Shown here one piece after another: positions 10,358-20,625 of a DNA stretch of 64,000 nucleotides. Numbering within the stretch: position 1 is the stretch's first letter; each line of letters opens with the position of its first letter. The DNA comes from Anaerolineae bacterium (GTDB lineage Bacteria > Chloroflexota > Anaerolineae > JAAYZQ01). Below the pieces are notes generated by a model. That model did not search any database, had not been told where the DNA came from, and was given only the letters and a program-made list of their open reading frames with translations. The stretch is from contig DAOTXL010000102.1 in NCBI GenBank assembly GCA_034435455.1, positions 15,704 to 79,703 of the forward strand, read 5' to 3'. Both the position numbers and the translations under genes were made by a program.

Positions 10358-11680
10358 TTACTTGCTGTTGTCAATGGCCTGAGCGGCAGCCTGTTCCGGC
10401 GTGGCCGTTCCGCTCAAGACAGCTTCTACCGCCTGTTGTAGCGCCGTGGCTACCTGGGTGTAGTTGGGGATGGCCGGGCGGCTGCGAGCCATCTCCAGTT
10501 GCTGTTGCAAAAACAGGGTATAATCGTCCGATGGATCCCAAAAGGCCAGGGCTGCCCGGCGGGTGGGCAGATAGTTCGCCGCCAGGTTCCAGGCGCCGTT
10601 GATTTCGGGGGACATGAGCTGTACCAGGAATTCGGCGGCAAGGAGCTGGCGGGCGGGGTCAGACGTGACCAGCGCCAGCGCCCAGCCGCGGCCGATGGGA
10701 GCCGCCGGGCCGTTGATCGCCGGGATGGGCGCTGCGGCCGAACCCTCCAGGCGGCTGCGGTCGGCCAGGTAGAGGTGGGCACTGACCTGGACCAGAGCGG
10801 CCTGCCCGGCCAGGTACTCTCGCCAGCAGTCGGCGGGGGTGTGATAGGTGGTGATGGTGGCCGGCAGAACCCCCCGCGAAAGGCCATCCTGATGGAACTG
10901 GAGGACGGCCGCCAGGCTGTTTTGCTCCAGGAAGGGGCTATCGGTCCCCTGCCCCCGCACCGCCAGATACTGGATCAGAAAGGCATCGTTGACCAGCCCG
11001 GCCTGCCCCCCCGCCGGAAAGAGGTAGAGCCCCTGGCCGCTCAGCACGCCCGGCCAGGAGCGGGGCGGCATGGTCATCTGGCCGGTGTTGTAGACCAGGT
11101 GGTCCAGGTCGGCCTGGAATTGCAGGCCGTACAGCCGCCCGTCAAAGGTGCACGCCTCCCGGGCAAAGGGGTACAGGTCGGCCCCCAGGTCAGAGGGGAT
11201 CAGGTTGTCGAGGGGATGGACCAGCCCGGCCTGGACTGCCGTGCCCAGTTCGTCCACGTCTATGAAGACCAGGTCGGGCAGCAGGTCGGGCACGACCGCG
11301 GCCGTGGTGAGCAAAAAGTCGAGGAGGCCCCCTTTGCCGTACGGTTTTTTGAGCATCACCTCCAGCCGCACGTCCGGGTGGGCCGTCTCAAAGGCGGCCA
11401 CCTGTTGCGCCAGGATCTGGCCGGCGGGGCCGGCCTGTGTCGGCGAAAAGGCCTCGGTCGTCCACAGGGTCAGGGTGATGACCGCCGGCACCGGCAGCGA
11501 GGTGGGCGTCGGGGTGGCCGCAGGGGCGGGCGGCAGGGGGGTATAGGTCGGCGTGCCCGGCGTGGCCATCGGCGGCGGCCAGGGCAGGTCGCAGCCGCTC
11601 AACAGCGCCATCGCCACCAGCAGGAGCAAGGCCCCGGCCAGGGCCGGCCCCATCCCCTGGGAACGGTGCATGGCCCTCAC
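10358..11680 (-). CDS. ABC transporter substrate-binding lipoprotein (probable sugar SBP)
   Basis: Signal peptide with lipobox (LLSGC), then a Pro/Thr-rich linker and an SBP-like fold length (about 440 aa). Its start overlaps the purA stop by 4 nt. Confidence 0.55.
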   Translation of the reverse strand: MRAMHRSQGMGPALAGALLLLVAMALLSGCDLPWPPPMATPGTPTYTPLPPAPAATPTPTSLPVPAVITLTLWTTEAFSPTQAGPAGQILAQQVAAFETAHPDVRLEVMLKKPYGKGGLLDFLLTTAAVVPDLLPDLVFIDVDELGTAVQAGLVHPLDNLIPSDLGADLYPFAREACTFDGRLYGLQFQADLDHLVYNTGQMTMPPRSWPGVLSGQGLYLFPAGGQAGLVNDAFLIQYLAVRGQGTDSPFLEQNSLAAVLQFHQDGLSRGVLPATITTYHTPADCWREYLAGQAALVQVSAHLYLADRSRLEGSAAAPIPAINGPAAPIGRGWALALVTSDPARQLLAAEFLVQLMSPEINGAWNLAANYLPTRRAALAFWDPSDDYTLFLQQQLEMARSRPAIPNYTQVATALQQAVEAVLSGTATPEQAAAQAIDNSK

Positions 11681-12969
11681 CGCCAGATAGTCTGGTCCCG
11701 CCCCGGCCCCACCGAAATGCAGGTGGCGGGGATGCCCAACAGTTCCTCCAGGCGTGCCACATAGTCGCGCGCCGGCCGGGGCAGATCGGCGAAAGCCCGG
11801 ACGTGGGTGATCTCTGTCTGCCAGCCGGGCAGCGTCTCGTAAAGGGGCCGGCAGCGGGCCAGGGCCTCCTGGTCGGAAGGGAAGGTCTCGATCCGCCGGC
11901 CATCCAGCTCATAGGCCACGCAGATGGGCAGGCTCGCAAAGCGTGACAGGATGTCGAGTTTGGTGATGGCCATCTCGGTCAGGCCGTTGACCTGCACGGC
12001 GTAGCGGGCAGCCACGGCATCCAGCCAGCCACAGCGCCGTGGGCGGCCGGTGGTGGTGCCGAATTCATCCCACGGCTGTGCCCCGCTGCCGCGCAGCAGG
12101 TTGGCCGGTTCCCCGGTCAGTTCGGTCGGCATCGGGCCGGCCCCGACGCGCGTCTGGTACGCCTTGACTACCCCTACCACCCGCTCGATATGTTGTGGTC
12201 CGACCCCCAGGCCCAACAGCACGCCACCGATGGTCGGATAGGAACTGGTGACGTAGGGATAGGTGCCCAGGTCTATATCCAGCAACGTGCCCTGGGCCCC
12301 CTCGGCCAGGATGCGCTTGTGGGAATGGAGGGCCTGGGCGATCACCTCCGGCCCGGCGGTGATGTGCGGGGCCAGGCGCCCGGCGTAGGCCAGGTACTCC
12401 TGGACGATCTCCTCGGCCTCCAGCGGCTCCTGGCCGTAGACCCGTTCCAGGATGGCGTTCTTGGCGGCCACCTGTTCGCGGATGCGTTGGGCCAGGGCCG
12501 ACGGGGGGTGGAGCATCTCCTGGACGCGGATGCCGCTGCGGGCGGCCTTGTCGGCATAGGCCGGGCCGATGCCCCGCCGGGTGGTGCCCAACGCCACCCG
12601 GCCCCGCGCCGCCTCGGCTGCGCCATCCAGGGCGAGGTGGTAGGGCAGGATCAGGTGGGCGCGCCCATCGAGCTTGAGCCGCGTGGGGGAAACATCCACG
12701 CCCCGCGCAGCCAGCCCTTCCATCTCGGCCAGCAGTTGCCTGGGGTTCACGACCATCCCTCCGCCCAGCAGGCAGGTGACGCGGGGATAGAGGATGCCCG
12801 ACGGGATCAGGTGCAGGGCGAACCGTTCGGTGCCGACGGTGACGGTATGCCCGGCATTGTCTCCGCCGCCGTAGCGGACCACCAGGTCAGCCTCGGCGGC
12901 CAGCAGGTCGGTGATCTTGCCTTTGCCTTCGTCGCCCCACTGGGCGCCCAGAATCACGGTGATCGGCAT
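11677..12969 (-). CDS. purA: adenylosuccinate synthetase
   Basis: QWGDEGKGKITD P-loop and GIGPAY, TTGRPRRCGW motifs. Confidence 0.9.
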   Translation of the reverse strand: MPITVILGAQWGDEGKGKITDLLAAEADLVVRYGGGDNAGHTVTVGTERFALHLIPSGILYPRVTCLLGGGMVVNPRQLLAEMEGLAARGVDVSPTRLKLDGRAHLILPYHLALDGAAEAARGRVALGTTRRGIGPAYADKAARSGIRVQEMLHPPSALAQRIREQVAAKNAILERVYGQEPLEAEEIVQEYLAYAGRLAPHITAGPEVIAQALHSHKRILAEGAQGTLLDIDLGTYPYVTSSYPTIGGVLLGLGVGPQHIERVVGVVKAYQTRVGAGPMPTELTGEPANLLRGSGAQPWDEFGTTTGRPRRCGWLDAVAARYAVQVNGLTEMAITKLDILSRFASLPICVAYELDGRRIETFPSDQEALARCRPLYETLPGWQTEITHVRAFADLPRPARDYVARLEELLGIPATCISVGPGRDQTIWR

Positions 12970-12984
12970 GAGAAGCGTTCCTTT

Positions 12985-14682
12985 CTACCCGAACAACGGC
13001 ACCAGGTCGAATCGGTTCACATCCACCAGCCCTTTATCGGTCAGTTTGAGGGTAGGGATGACCGGCAAGGCCAGGAAGCTCATGGTCATCAGCGGGTCGG
13101 GCAGGGTGCAGCCCAGGGCATGGGCCGCCCCGGTCAGGGCGGCCACCCGGTCACGGACCTCTTCCAGAGGCCGGTCGGACATCAGCCCGGCGATGGGCAG
13201 CGGGCAGGCGGCCTGCACCTGGCCATCGGCGACGACCACCTGGCCGCCCTCCATCTCGACCACGGCCGCGATGGCAGCCCGCATCTCGGCGTCATCCGCG
13301 CCGATGACCACCAGGTTGTGCGAGTCGTGGGCCACGCTGGAAGCGATGGCCCCGCGCTTCAGCCCCATCCCCTGGACCAACCCCAGGCCCACCTGCCCCG
13401 TGCCCCGATGCCGCTCGATGACGGCGATTTTGAGCAGATCGCGGGCCGGATCGGACGCCACCTGGCCGTCGGCCAGGGTCGGTTCCAGGCGCAGGTCGTC
13501 GGTGACGATCTGGTCGGGGATGACGCCGATCACCCGCGCCGGCCCCTCGCCGGCAGGGATGGTCAGATCGAGAGCCGCTACATCCACGCGCACCGGATTG
13601 CCGGGCGGCGGCACCGGGGCCACGGGCCGCAGATAGGCGCCGTCCCGCGCGGCCATCTTGCCCGCCGCAAAGACCAGGTCCACCCGGACTGCCGACAGGT
13701 CGCTCAGTACCAGCAGGTCGGCGCGAAAGCCGGGGGCCACGGCGCCCACATCCCGCAGGCCGAAATAGCGAGCGGTGTTGATCGTCGCCATCTGGATGGC
13801 CGTCACCGGGTCCATCCCCCCGGCGATGGCCTGGCGCACCAGGTCGTCCACATGGCCTTCGCTCAGCAAGGTGTCGGGGTGGCGGTCATCGGTGCACCAG
13901 TGGCACAGGGGGGCGTTGGCCGGCGTGACCAGGGGCAGCAGGGCATGGAGGTTGCGGGCCGTGGTCCCCTCGCGGATAAAGATGTGCATCCCCCGCCGCA
14001 GCTTTTCGCGGGCTTCGTCCAACGTCGTGCACTCGTGGTCGGAGCGGATGCCGGCAGCGATATAGGCGTTCAGGTCCGGCCCGGTCAGCCCCGGCGCGTG
14101 GCCGTCTATGGGGCGGTCGCCGGCGATGCGGAGCTTTTCCAGCACGGCCGGCAGGCGCAAGAGCACGCCGGGATAGTTCATCATCTCCGCCAGGCCCAAC
14201 ACCCGTTCGTGCTTCAAGAGTTCGGCGATCTCGGCGGCGGTCAATTCGGCACCGGCCGTCTCCAGATGGGTCGCCGGGACGCACGACGGGGCCATGACGT
14301 ACACCCGTAGGGGCAGGTCTGCGCCGGCGTCGAGGATGTAACGGACCCCCTCCACCCCCAGGACGTTGGCGATCTCGTGCGGGTCACAGATGACGCCGGT
14401 GGTGCCGTGCGGTACCACCGCCCGGGCGAACTCGGCCGGCTGGACCATCGAGCTTTCCAGGTGAACGTGAGCGTCCAGAAAGCCGGGGCACACAAACCGG
14501 CCGCCCAGGTCCACGGTGCCGTGGGCCGGATAGGGGCCCAGGCCCACGATGCGCCCTCCCCAGATGGCAATGTCGGCAGGATGGATCTCACCGGACAGGA
14601 CGTTGACCAGTCGGGCGTTCTTGAGCAGCAGGTCGGCCGGTTGTTCGCCCCGGGCGACGGCGATCAGGGGTTCCAGTTCCAT
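12985..14682 (-). CDS. ade: adenine deaminase (amidohydrolase family)
   Basis: 565 aa. N-terminal LKNARLVNV..GRIVGLG..FVCPGFLDAHVHLESSM metal-binding start typical of adenine deaminase. Confidence 0.75.
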   Translation of the reverse strand: MELEPLIAVARGEQPADLLLKNARLVNVLSGEIHPADIAIWGGRIVGLGPYPAHGTVDLGGRFVCPGFLDAHVHLESSMVQPAEFARAVVPHGTTGVICDPHEIANVLGVEGVRYILDAGADLPLRVYVMAPSCVPATHLETAGAELTAAEIAELLKHERVLGLAEMMNYPGVLLRLPAVLEKLRIAGDRPIDGHAPGLTGPDLNAYIAAGIRSDHECTTLDEAREKLRRGMHIFIREGTTARNLHALLPLVTPANAPLCHWCTDDRHPDTLLSEGHVDDLVRQAIAGGMDPVTAIQMATINTARYFGLRDVGAVAPGFRADLLVLSDLSAVRVDLVFAAGKMAARDGAYLRPVAPVPPPGNPVRVDVAALDLTIPAGEGPARVIGVIPDQIVTDDLRLEPTLADGQVASDPARDLLKIAVIERHRGTGQVGLGLVQGMGLKRGAIASSVAHDSHNLVVIGADDAEMRAAIAAVVEMEGGQVVVADGQVQAACPLPIAGLMSDRPLEEVRDRVAALTGAAHALGCTLPDPLMTMSFLALPVIPTLKLTDKGLVDVNRFDLVPLFG

Positions 14683-14740
14683 TTTTATCCTCCCCTTTTG
14701 AAGCGTAAAACGTAAAGCGTAAGGCGTAAGGCGGGGGTGT

Positions 14741-15541
14741 TCAGCGAGCCAGTGAACTGATGCTCACCCGCAGCCCGTAGCCCATCCGCCTCAAAAAGTC
14801 ATGGCAATCCTCGATCGTCAGGCCCGCCGGCCCGCCGGCAGCGGTGGCGCGGTCCACCAGCTCGCGCAGCACCGCCTCGTCGTCAGGGGCGAGATCGCCG
14901 GCGGCCAGGGTGTCTTGGGCCCAGGCGATGAGCTGGGACAGAGGGGCGGCCCGGTTCAGATACTCGCTCAGGTGACGCAGGATGGCGCCCCGCGTCAGCA
15001 CTTTTTTGTACAGCGGCGCTTTGAGCACACCCACGAAGGGCAGGTTGCGGTAGCCCTCGGCAAAGTCCAGGCCATAGCCCACCACAAACTTGTCGGGGAT
15101 CTCGAACCCGACATAGTCCACCTGGATCGGCACCTGGCGGCGCTCCGGCTTGTCCAGCAGGGCGCAGATGCGCAGGCTGGCCGGCTGACGGGCTTTGAGG
15201 GTTTCGACCAGGTAGGACAGGGTCTTGCCGGTGTCCACAATGTCTTCGACGATGAGCACATGCCGGCCGGCGATGTCGGTCTCCAGGTCCATCACCAGCC
15301 GCACGGCCCCGCTCTCGGTGCTGGCCCCGTAGCTGGAGATGCCGATAAAGTCGAGTTGAACCGGGATGGTAATGGCCCGCATCAGGTCAGACAGGAAAAC
15401 GATCGCTCCCCGCAACAGGCCGATGAGCAACAGGTCTTTATCCCGGTAATCCCTGGAAATGCGTTCCCCCAGTTCGGCGACCCGGGCCCGGATCGCCGGT
15501 TCAGGGACCAAAATTTCGGCAATATCGTTCTGTAAATCCAT
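14741..15541 (-). CDS. hpt: hypoxanthine phosphoribosyltransferase with about 85-aa C-terminal extension
   Basis: PRPP-binding VLIVEDIVDTGKT and the HPRT core (about 180 aa). The ORF continues a further 85 codons after the usual C-terminus. Confidence 0.75.
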   Translation of the reverse strand: MDLQNDIAEILVPEPAIRARVAELGERISRDYRDKDLLLIGLLRGAIVFLSDLMRAITIPVQLDFIGISSYGASTESGAVRLVMDLETDIAGRHVLIVEDIVDTGKTLSYLVETLKARQPASLRICALLDKPERRQVPIQVDYVGFEIPDKFVVGYGLDFAEGYRNLPFVGVLKAPLYKKVLTRGAILRHLSEYLNRAAPLSQLIAWAQDTLAAGDLAPDDEAVLRELVDRATAAGGPAGLTIEDCHDFLRRMGYGLRVSISSLAR

Positions 15542-15634
15542 CCCCGCTCCTTTGCGTCAGGCTTGCTCGTCGGTTGAGAGCGGGGACAGTATACGCCAAA
15601 TGGGCCCGATTGTCAATGTCCTGGGGCAGGCATT

Positions 15635-15665
15635 CGGCAGGCCGGCCACTTGACGGCAGGCTGCT
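15635..15665 (+). promoter_or_regulatory. putative sigma70 promoter for the 15708 gene
   Basis: cTTGACGgcaggctgcttttgtatTAAACT in the divergent region between hpt and the hypothetical ORF. Confidence 0.3.
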
Positions 15666-15707
15666 TTTGTATTAAACTGACCGGTGAGACGACAGGAAGC
15701 GAGGTGG

Positions 15708-16130
15708 ATGATGAGAGTGCCCCACATGATGACGTTGGCCCAGATAGACGGGCAGCGCTTTATCACCGCCTGCCGCAGCGGCGTCGTCCATGTGACCTGG
15801 GGGCGGGTTACTCTGCGCTTTTTGGAGGATGAATTCCGCCGCTGGGCCGGCCTCCTGGCCCGCGCCCTGGACCCCCTGCCCCCGGCTTTTCTTCGGGATG
15901 GAGAGCTGAGCATCCGAAACCGGCCGGACGGGGAGGGCGAACTCCGGGTGGGACCGCTGGTCCTGTCCCTTCCGCTCCAGCAGTTGCAGGAACTGGCCCA
16001 GGCCGCCCGTCAGGCGGTCGCCAGCCTCGACGAAATCCGCGCTTCTGGGATGTGGGAGCAACAAGAGGCAGAAGAGGCCCCGCCCGGCTTCCTGGAACTG
16101 TTCCGGCGCATCCCCTTCTCGCGGAACTGA
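15708..16130 (+). CDS. hypothetical protein
   Basis: ORF 15684-16130. Start moved to ATG at 15708 (MMRVPHMM), preceded by a GGAAGCGAGGTGG RBS. No recognisable motif. Confidence 0.4.
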   Translation: MMRVPHMMTLAQIDGQRFITACRSGVVHVTWGRVTLRFLEDEFRRWAGLLARALDPLPPAFLRDGELSIRNRPDGEGELRVGPLVLSLPLQQLQELAQAARQAVASLDEIRASGMWEQQEAEEAPPGFLELFRRIPFSRN

Positions 16131-16132
16131 CC

Positions 16133-17836
16133 TCACATCCTCTCCGGGGCGCTGACCCCGATCAGTTTCAGCGTCCGGGCCAGCACCTGTTTGGCCGCCT
16201 TGACCAGCCGCAGGCGGGCCTTGCTGATCTCGGCGTCGGCCGGGTCGGAGCTGACCACCCGGCAATCGCGGTAAAAGGCATGGAAAACGGCAGCCAGGTC
16301 CTGGGCATAGTGGGGCAGGTGGTGGGGGGCCAGGTTTTCGGCGGCCAGGGCGACCACTTCGGGCAGCTCCAGCATCTTGCGGATGAGCGTCAGCTCGGCG
16401 GGGTGGGTCAACAGCGACAGGTCGGCCCCCGCGTCGGTGTGGCCCTGTTCCTCGGCATAGCGCAGGATGCTGGCGATGCGGGCATGGCCATACTGCACAT
16501 AGTAGACCGGGTTCTCCTCTGACTGCTGACGGGCCAGGTCCAGGTCCAGGTCCATCTGGCTGTCGGCAGCGCGGGCCGCCAGGTGGAAACGGAAGGCATC
16601 CGGCCCGATGTCGTCCAGGACCTCTTGCAGAAGAACCAGGTTGCCGGCCCGTTTCGACAGCCGCATCTGCTCCCCCCGCTCCAGGATGGTGACGAGCTGG
16701 TAGATGAGCAGCGTCAGCCGCTCAGGGTCCAGCCCCAGGGCACGCATCATCGCCTTCATGCGCGGCACATGGCCCTGGTGGTCGGCCCCCCAGACATCAA
16801 TCACCCAATCAAAGCCCCGCCGCACAAACTTGTCGTAATGGTAGGCGATATCGGAGGCAAAGTAGCCGGGCTGTCCGGTGGAGCGGATCAACACCTCATC
16901 CTTGTCCCCCCCCAGGGCCGTAGCATTGAACCACACCGCGCCATCGGCCATGAACAGATGGTCTCCCTGGCGCAAGAGGCTCATGATGGCATCAAACACC
17001 CCCTCGTCGTAGAGCGACCGTTCCGAAAACCAGCGGTCGTAGTGGATGCCCAACCGTTCGCAGTCCCGGCGGATGCTGTCCATCACAAAGCGGTTCAGGC
17101 CGATGTCGCGCATCAGGGCCACCGCCTCCTGGCGGGGTAGCGCCAGATACCGGTCCCCCTCCTCTTCGACCAGTTGGCGTGCCCAATCCACCAGGTAGGC
17201 TCCCTGGTAGCCGCCTTCGGGGATGCCGCCCACATCGTGGCCCAGGATCTCGCCATAGCGCACATACAGGCTCTCGCCGAACTTTTCCATCTGGGAGCCG
17301 GCATCATTGACATAGAACTCGCGCTCCACCTGATAGCCGGCGGCTTCCAGGAGATTGGCCACGCAATCGCCCAGCACCAGGTTGCGGCCAAAGCCGACGT
17401 GCATCGGGCCGGTAGGGTTGGCGCTGCCGAATTCGACCTGCACCCGGCGGCCGTGGCCGATCTCCACACAGCCAAAGGCCTCACCGGCGGCCAGGATCGC
17501 CTCCACCTGCCCGGCCAGCCAGCCCGCGTCCAGGGTTATGTTGATGAACCCCGGCGGCACCACCTCCACCTGCCCGACAAAGGGGGCCCGATCCAGGCGG
17601 CGGACGATGCGCTGGGCCACCTCGACCGGGGTCATCGTCGGCTTTTCCGCTGCTTTCAGTGCGCTGTTGACGGCCGCAATCATCTTGAGCGGCTGGCCGG
17701 TGGCGTAATCGCCATACTCTGCCCGCCGTGGCCGCTCGACGACAACCGGCGGGATGTCGGTCTTGGGCAGGTCCCCCTTTTTTTGCGCTTTGCGTATGGC
17801 GTGGTAGATCAGATCGGCCAGATCATCCCGGACCAT
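16133..17836 (-). CDS. argS: arginine--tRNA ligase
   Basis: Class I HVGH-type motif (PMHVGFGRN) and C-terminal anticodon-binding DALR region. 567 aa. Confidence 0.9.
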   Translation of the reverse strand: MVRDDLADLIYHAIRKAQKKGDLPKTDIPPVVVERPRRAEYGDYATGQPLKMIAAVNSALKAAEKPTMTPVEVAQRIVRRLDRAPFVGQVEVVPPGFINITLDAGWLAGQVEAILAAGEAFGCVEIGHGRRVQVEFGSANPTGPMHVGFGRNLVLGDCVANLLEAAGYQVEREFYVNDAGSQMEKFGESLYVRYGEILGHDVGGIPEGGYQGAYLVDWARQLVEEEGDRYLALPRQEAVALMRDIGLNRFVMDSIRRDCERLGIHYDRWFSERSLYDEGVFDAIMSLLRQGDHLFMADGAVWFNATALGGDKDEVLIRSTGQPGYFASDIAYHYDKFVRRGFDWVIDVWGADHQGHVPRMKAMMRALGLDPERLTLLIYQLVTILERGEQMRLSKRAGNLVLLQEVLDDIGPDAFRFHLAARAADSQMDLDLDLARQQSEENPVYYVQYGHARIASILRYAEEQGHTDAGADLSLLTHPAELTLIRKMLELPEVVALAAENLAPHHLPHYAQDLAAVFHAFYRDCRVVSSDPADAEISKARLRLVKAAKQVLARTLKLIGVSAPERM

Positions 17837-20594
17837 GTTTTTGATACTCCTCCATTTCCAACCAGTTTCGCCCCACCCGGACCTCCACCTTCAACGGGGC
17901 CTTGAGGGGATAGGCGCCCTCCATCGTTTCGATGACCAGGGGGGCGACCCGCTCCACCTCCCCCTGCGGCACCTCCAGCACCAGCTCGTCGTGGACCTGC
18001 AGGATCATCCGGCTGCGCAGGCCCTGCTCTTTGAGCGCCCGCCACAGGCGGTTCATGGCCACTTTTAGAATGTCGGCGGCGGTGCCCTGGATGGGGGCGT
18101 TCACCGCCATGCGGTAGGCCCCCTCGCGGGCGACGGCCGCCGTCTGGGCGGTGGGAGAGAGCTCCGGGAAGTAGCGGCGTCGGCCCAGCAGCGTCTCGAC
18201 GTAGCCCTGTTCGCGGGCCTGCCGGCGGGTGTGGTCAATGTACTCCTTGACCTTGGGGTAGGTCCTGAAATAGGTCTGGATAAAGGCCTCTGCCTCTTCC
18301 TGGGTCAACCCGGTTCGCTCCGCCAGGCCATAGCCGGTCACGCCGTAGCTGATGGCAAAGTTGGTCATCTTGGCCACGCGGCGTTGGGCAGGCGTCACCG
18401 CGTCCAGGGGTACGCCGTAGATGGCCGCCGCCGTGCTGGCATGGATATCCTCCCCACGGGCAAAGGCGGCCAACATGGCCGGGTCGCCGGAGATGTGGGC
18501 CAGGATGCGCAGCTCCACCTGAGAATAGTCGGCGGCCAGCAGCAGGCAGCCCTCCTCGGCCACAAAGGCCCGGCGGATCTCGCGGCCTATGTCGGTGCGG
18601 ATGGGGATATTTTGCAGGTTGGGGTTGCTGCTGCTGACCCGGCCGGTCACGGTACCCACCTGGTTGTAGGAGGTGTGCACCCGGCCCGTGCGGGGGTTGA
18701 CCAGCGCCGGCAAGGCATCCACGTAGGTGCCTTTCAGTTTGGAAAGCTGGCGGTGTTCCAGGATGAGGTCCACTACCGGATGTTTGCCGCGCAGCTTTTC
18801 CAGAACCTCGGCAGCGGTGGAATAGTGGCCCGACGCGCTCCGGCGCATCCCCGGCAGGGTCAGCCCCATCTCGTCGAACAGGGCGACGCTGAGCTGCTGG
18901 GGGGAGTTGATATTGATGGCGTGGCCCACCTGCTTCTCAATCTCCTCCTGGAGTTGGCCCAGCCGCTCCCCCATCTGCCGCCCCATCTCGGCCAGGGCGT
19001 TGACGTCCAGTTTGACCCCCGCCCGCTGCATGTCTACGATCACCGGCACCAGGGGCATCTCGACTTCGGCAAAGAGATCCCCCAGCGCCTTCTCCCGCAG
19101 TTCCGGCAGGAGTTGCTTCGCCAAGCGCAGGGTCATGTCGGCGTCGGCGCAGGCATAGGCAGCGACCTTTTCGACCGGCACCCGGTCTATTGTGATCTGC
19201 TTCCGGCCACTGCCGATCAGCTCTTCGATGGGCGTCATCTCCACGCCCAGGCGTCGCCAGGCCAGGTCCTTCAGCCCCAGGCTGTGGCTGCCGGGGTCCA
19301 GCAGCCACGCCGCGATCATGGTGTCGCAGGTCACGGGCGTCACCTCCAGGCCGACCTGGGCCAGCACCGTCAGATCATAGTTGGCGTTGTGGGCATATTT
19401 CGGCACCCGGGGGTCTTGGAGGAGCGGCCTGAGCTTTTCGATGACGGTTGGGAGGGGGATGGCCGGAGGTTGAAGATCGGGGCCGACGGGCAGGTAGCAG
19501 GCGGTGCCCTCCCGGCCGCTCAGGGCAATGCCGACCAGCCGGGCGGCCATCGGATCGGTGCTGGTGGCTTCTACGTCCACGACCACCGCCGGGCTTTGCC
19601 GCAACCCGGCGACCATCGCTTCCAGCGCCGCCACGTCCTCCACGAGGCGATAGTCGTTTTTGGGGGGCTTGTCCGCTTTGGCTTCCTCGCCGAACAGCGA
19701 GAGTTGCTTCACCCCCTGCTCTTTGGCCGTCGGCAGGCGGTTCAACAGGGTGCGGAACTCCAGTTCGCGGAACAGCGCCATCACCGCCTCGCGGTCCAGT
19801 TCCCGCACCCGACACGCCTCCAGGTCGAGCGCCACCGGGACATCGGCGGTGAGGGTCACCAGGTGTTTGCTGAGAAACGCCATCTCGCGGCCCTGTTCCA
19901 GCGCACTGCGGACCCGCCTGTCTTCGATCTCGTCCAGGTGCCGGTAGATCTCTTCGAGGCTGCCATATTTTTGCAGCAGCGCCGTTGCCCTCTTTTCGCC
20001 GATGCCCCGCACGCCGGGCACATTATCGCTAGAGTCGCCGACCAGTGCCTTATAGTCCGCCAGTTGTTTCGGTGCCAGGCCGTAGCGCCGGCGGATGCCG
20101 GTCTCGTCATAGATCACGGTGTCGCCGAACTGTCGCCCGGGGGTGAGCACCCGCACACCGGGGCGGATGAGCTGAAAGGTGTCGGTGTCGCCGGTGACAA
20201 TGAGGGTTTCCAGCCCTCGGGTTTCGGCCTGATGGCTCAGGGCGGCCAACACATCGTCGGCCTCAAAGCCCTCGGCCGAGTAGGTGGGGATGCGGAAGGC
20301 GCTCAGCAACTCCGCGATCCGTCGAAACTGAAGGCGCAGGCTATCGGGCATTTCGGCGCGATTGGCCTTGTACGCGGCATACTCCTCATGGCGAAAGGTG
20401 CGCCCCCGGTCAAAGGCCACGGCCAGATAGGTGGGCTGCTCGTCGCGCAGGACGTTGAGCAACATCGAAGCGAAACCGAACACGGCATTGGTCAGTTCGC
20501 CGCGCGAGGTGGCCATGTCGGACGGCAGGGCAAAGAAGGCGCGATAGACCAGGGCGTGGCCGTCAATCAGCACCAGTTTGGCAGGAACAGACAT
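17823..20594 (-). CDS. polA: DNA polymerase I
   Basis: 5'-3' exonuclease N-terminus LVLIDGHALVYRAFFAL, 3'-5' exo domain, and polymerase motifs (RRxAKxxNFxxxYG, HDELVxE). Start refined to ATG 20594 (MSVPAKLVLIDG). Confidence 0.9.
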   Translation of the reverse strand: MSVPAKLVLIDGHALVYRAFFALPSDMATSRGELTNAVFGFASMLLNVLRDEQPTYLAVAFDRGRTFRHEEYAAYKANRAEMPDSLRLQFRRIAELLSAFRIPTYSAEGFEADDVLAALSHQAETRGLETLIVTGDTDTFQLIRPGVRVLTPGRQFGDTVIYDETGIRRRYGLAPKQLADYKALVGDSSDNVPGVRGIGEKRATALLQKYGSLEEIYRHLDEIEDRRVRSALEQGREMAFLSKHLVTLTADVPVALDLEACRVRELDREAVMALFRELEFRTLLNRLPTAKEQGVKQLSLFGEEAKADKPPKNDYRLVEDVAALEAMVAGLRQSPAVVVDVEATSTDPMAARLVGIALSGREGTACYLPVGPDLQPPAIPLPTVIEKLRPLLQDPRVPKYAHNANYDLTVLAQVGLEVTPVTCDTMIAAWLLDPGSHSLGLKDLAWRRLGVEMTPIEELIGSGRKQITIDRVPVEKVAAYACADADMTLRLAKQLLPELREKALGDLFAEVEMPLVPVIVDMQRAGVKLDVNALAEMGRQMGERLGQLQEEIEKQVGHAININSPQQLSVALFDEMGLTLPGMRRSASGHYSTAAEVLEKLRGKHPVVDLILEHRQLSKLKGTYVDALPALVNPRTGRVHTSYNQVGTVTGRVSSSNPNLQNIPIRTDIGREIRRAFVAEEGCLLLAADYSQVELRILAHISGDPAMLAAFARGEDIHASTAAAIYGVPLDAVTPAQRRVAKMTNFAISYGVTGYGLAERTGLTQEEAEAFIQTYFRTYPKVKEYIDHTRRQAREQGYVETLLGRRRYFPELSPTAQTAAVAREGAYRMAVNAPIQGTAADILKVAMNRLWRALKEQGLRSRMILQVHDELVLEVPQGEVERVAPLVIETMEGAYPLKAPLKVEVRVGRNWLEMEEYQKHGPG

Positions 20595-20625
20595 TGCACT
20601 TTTCTCCTTTGCTCCGGGCCGGGCC

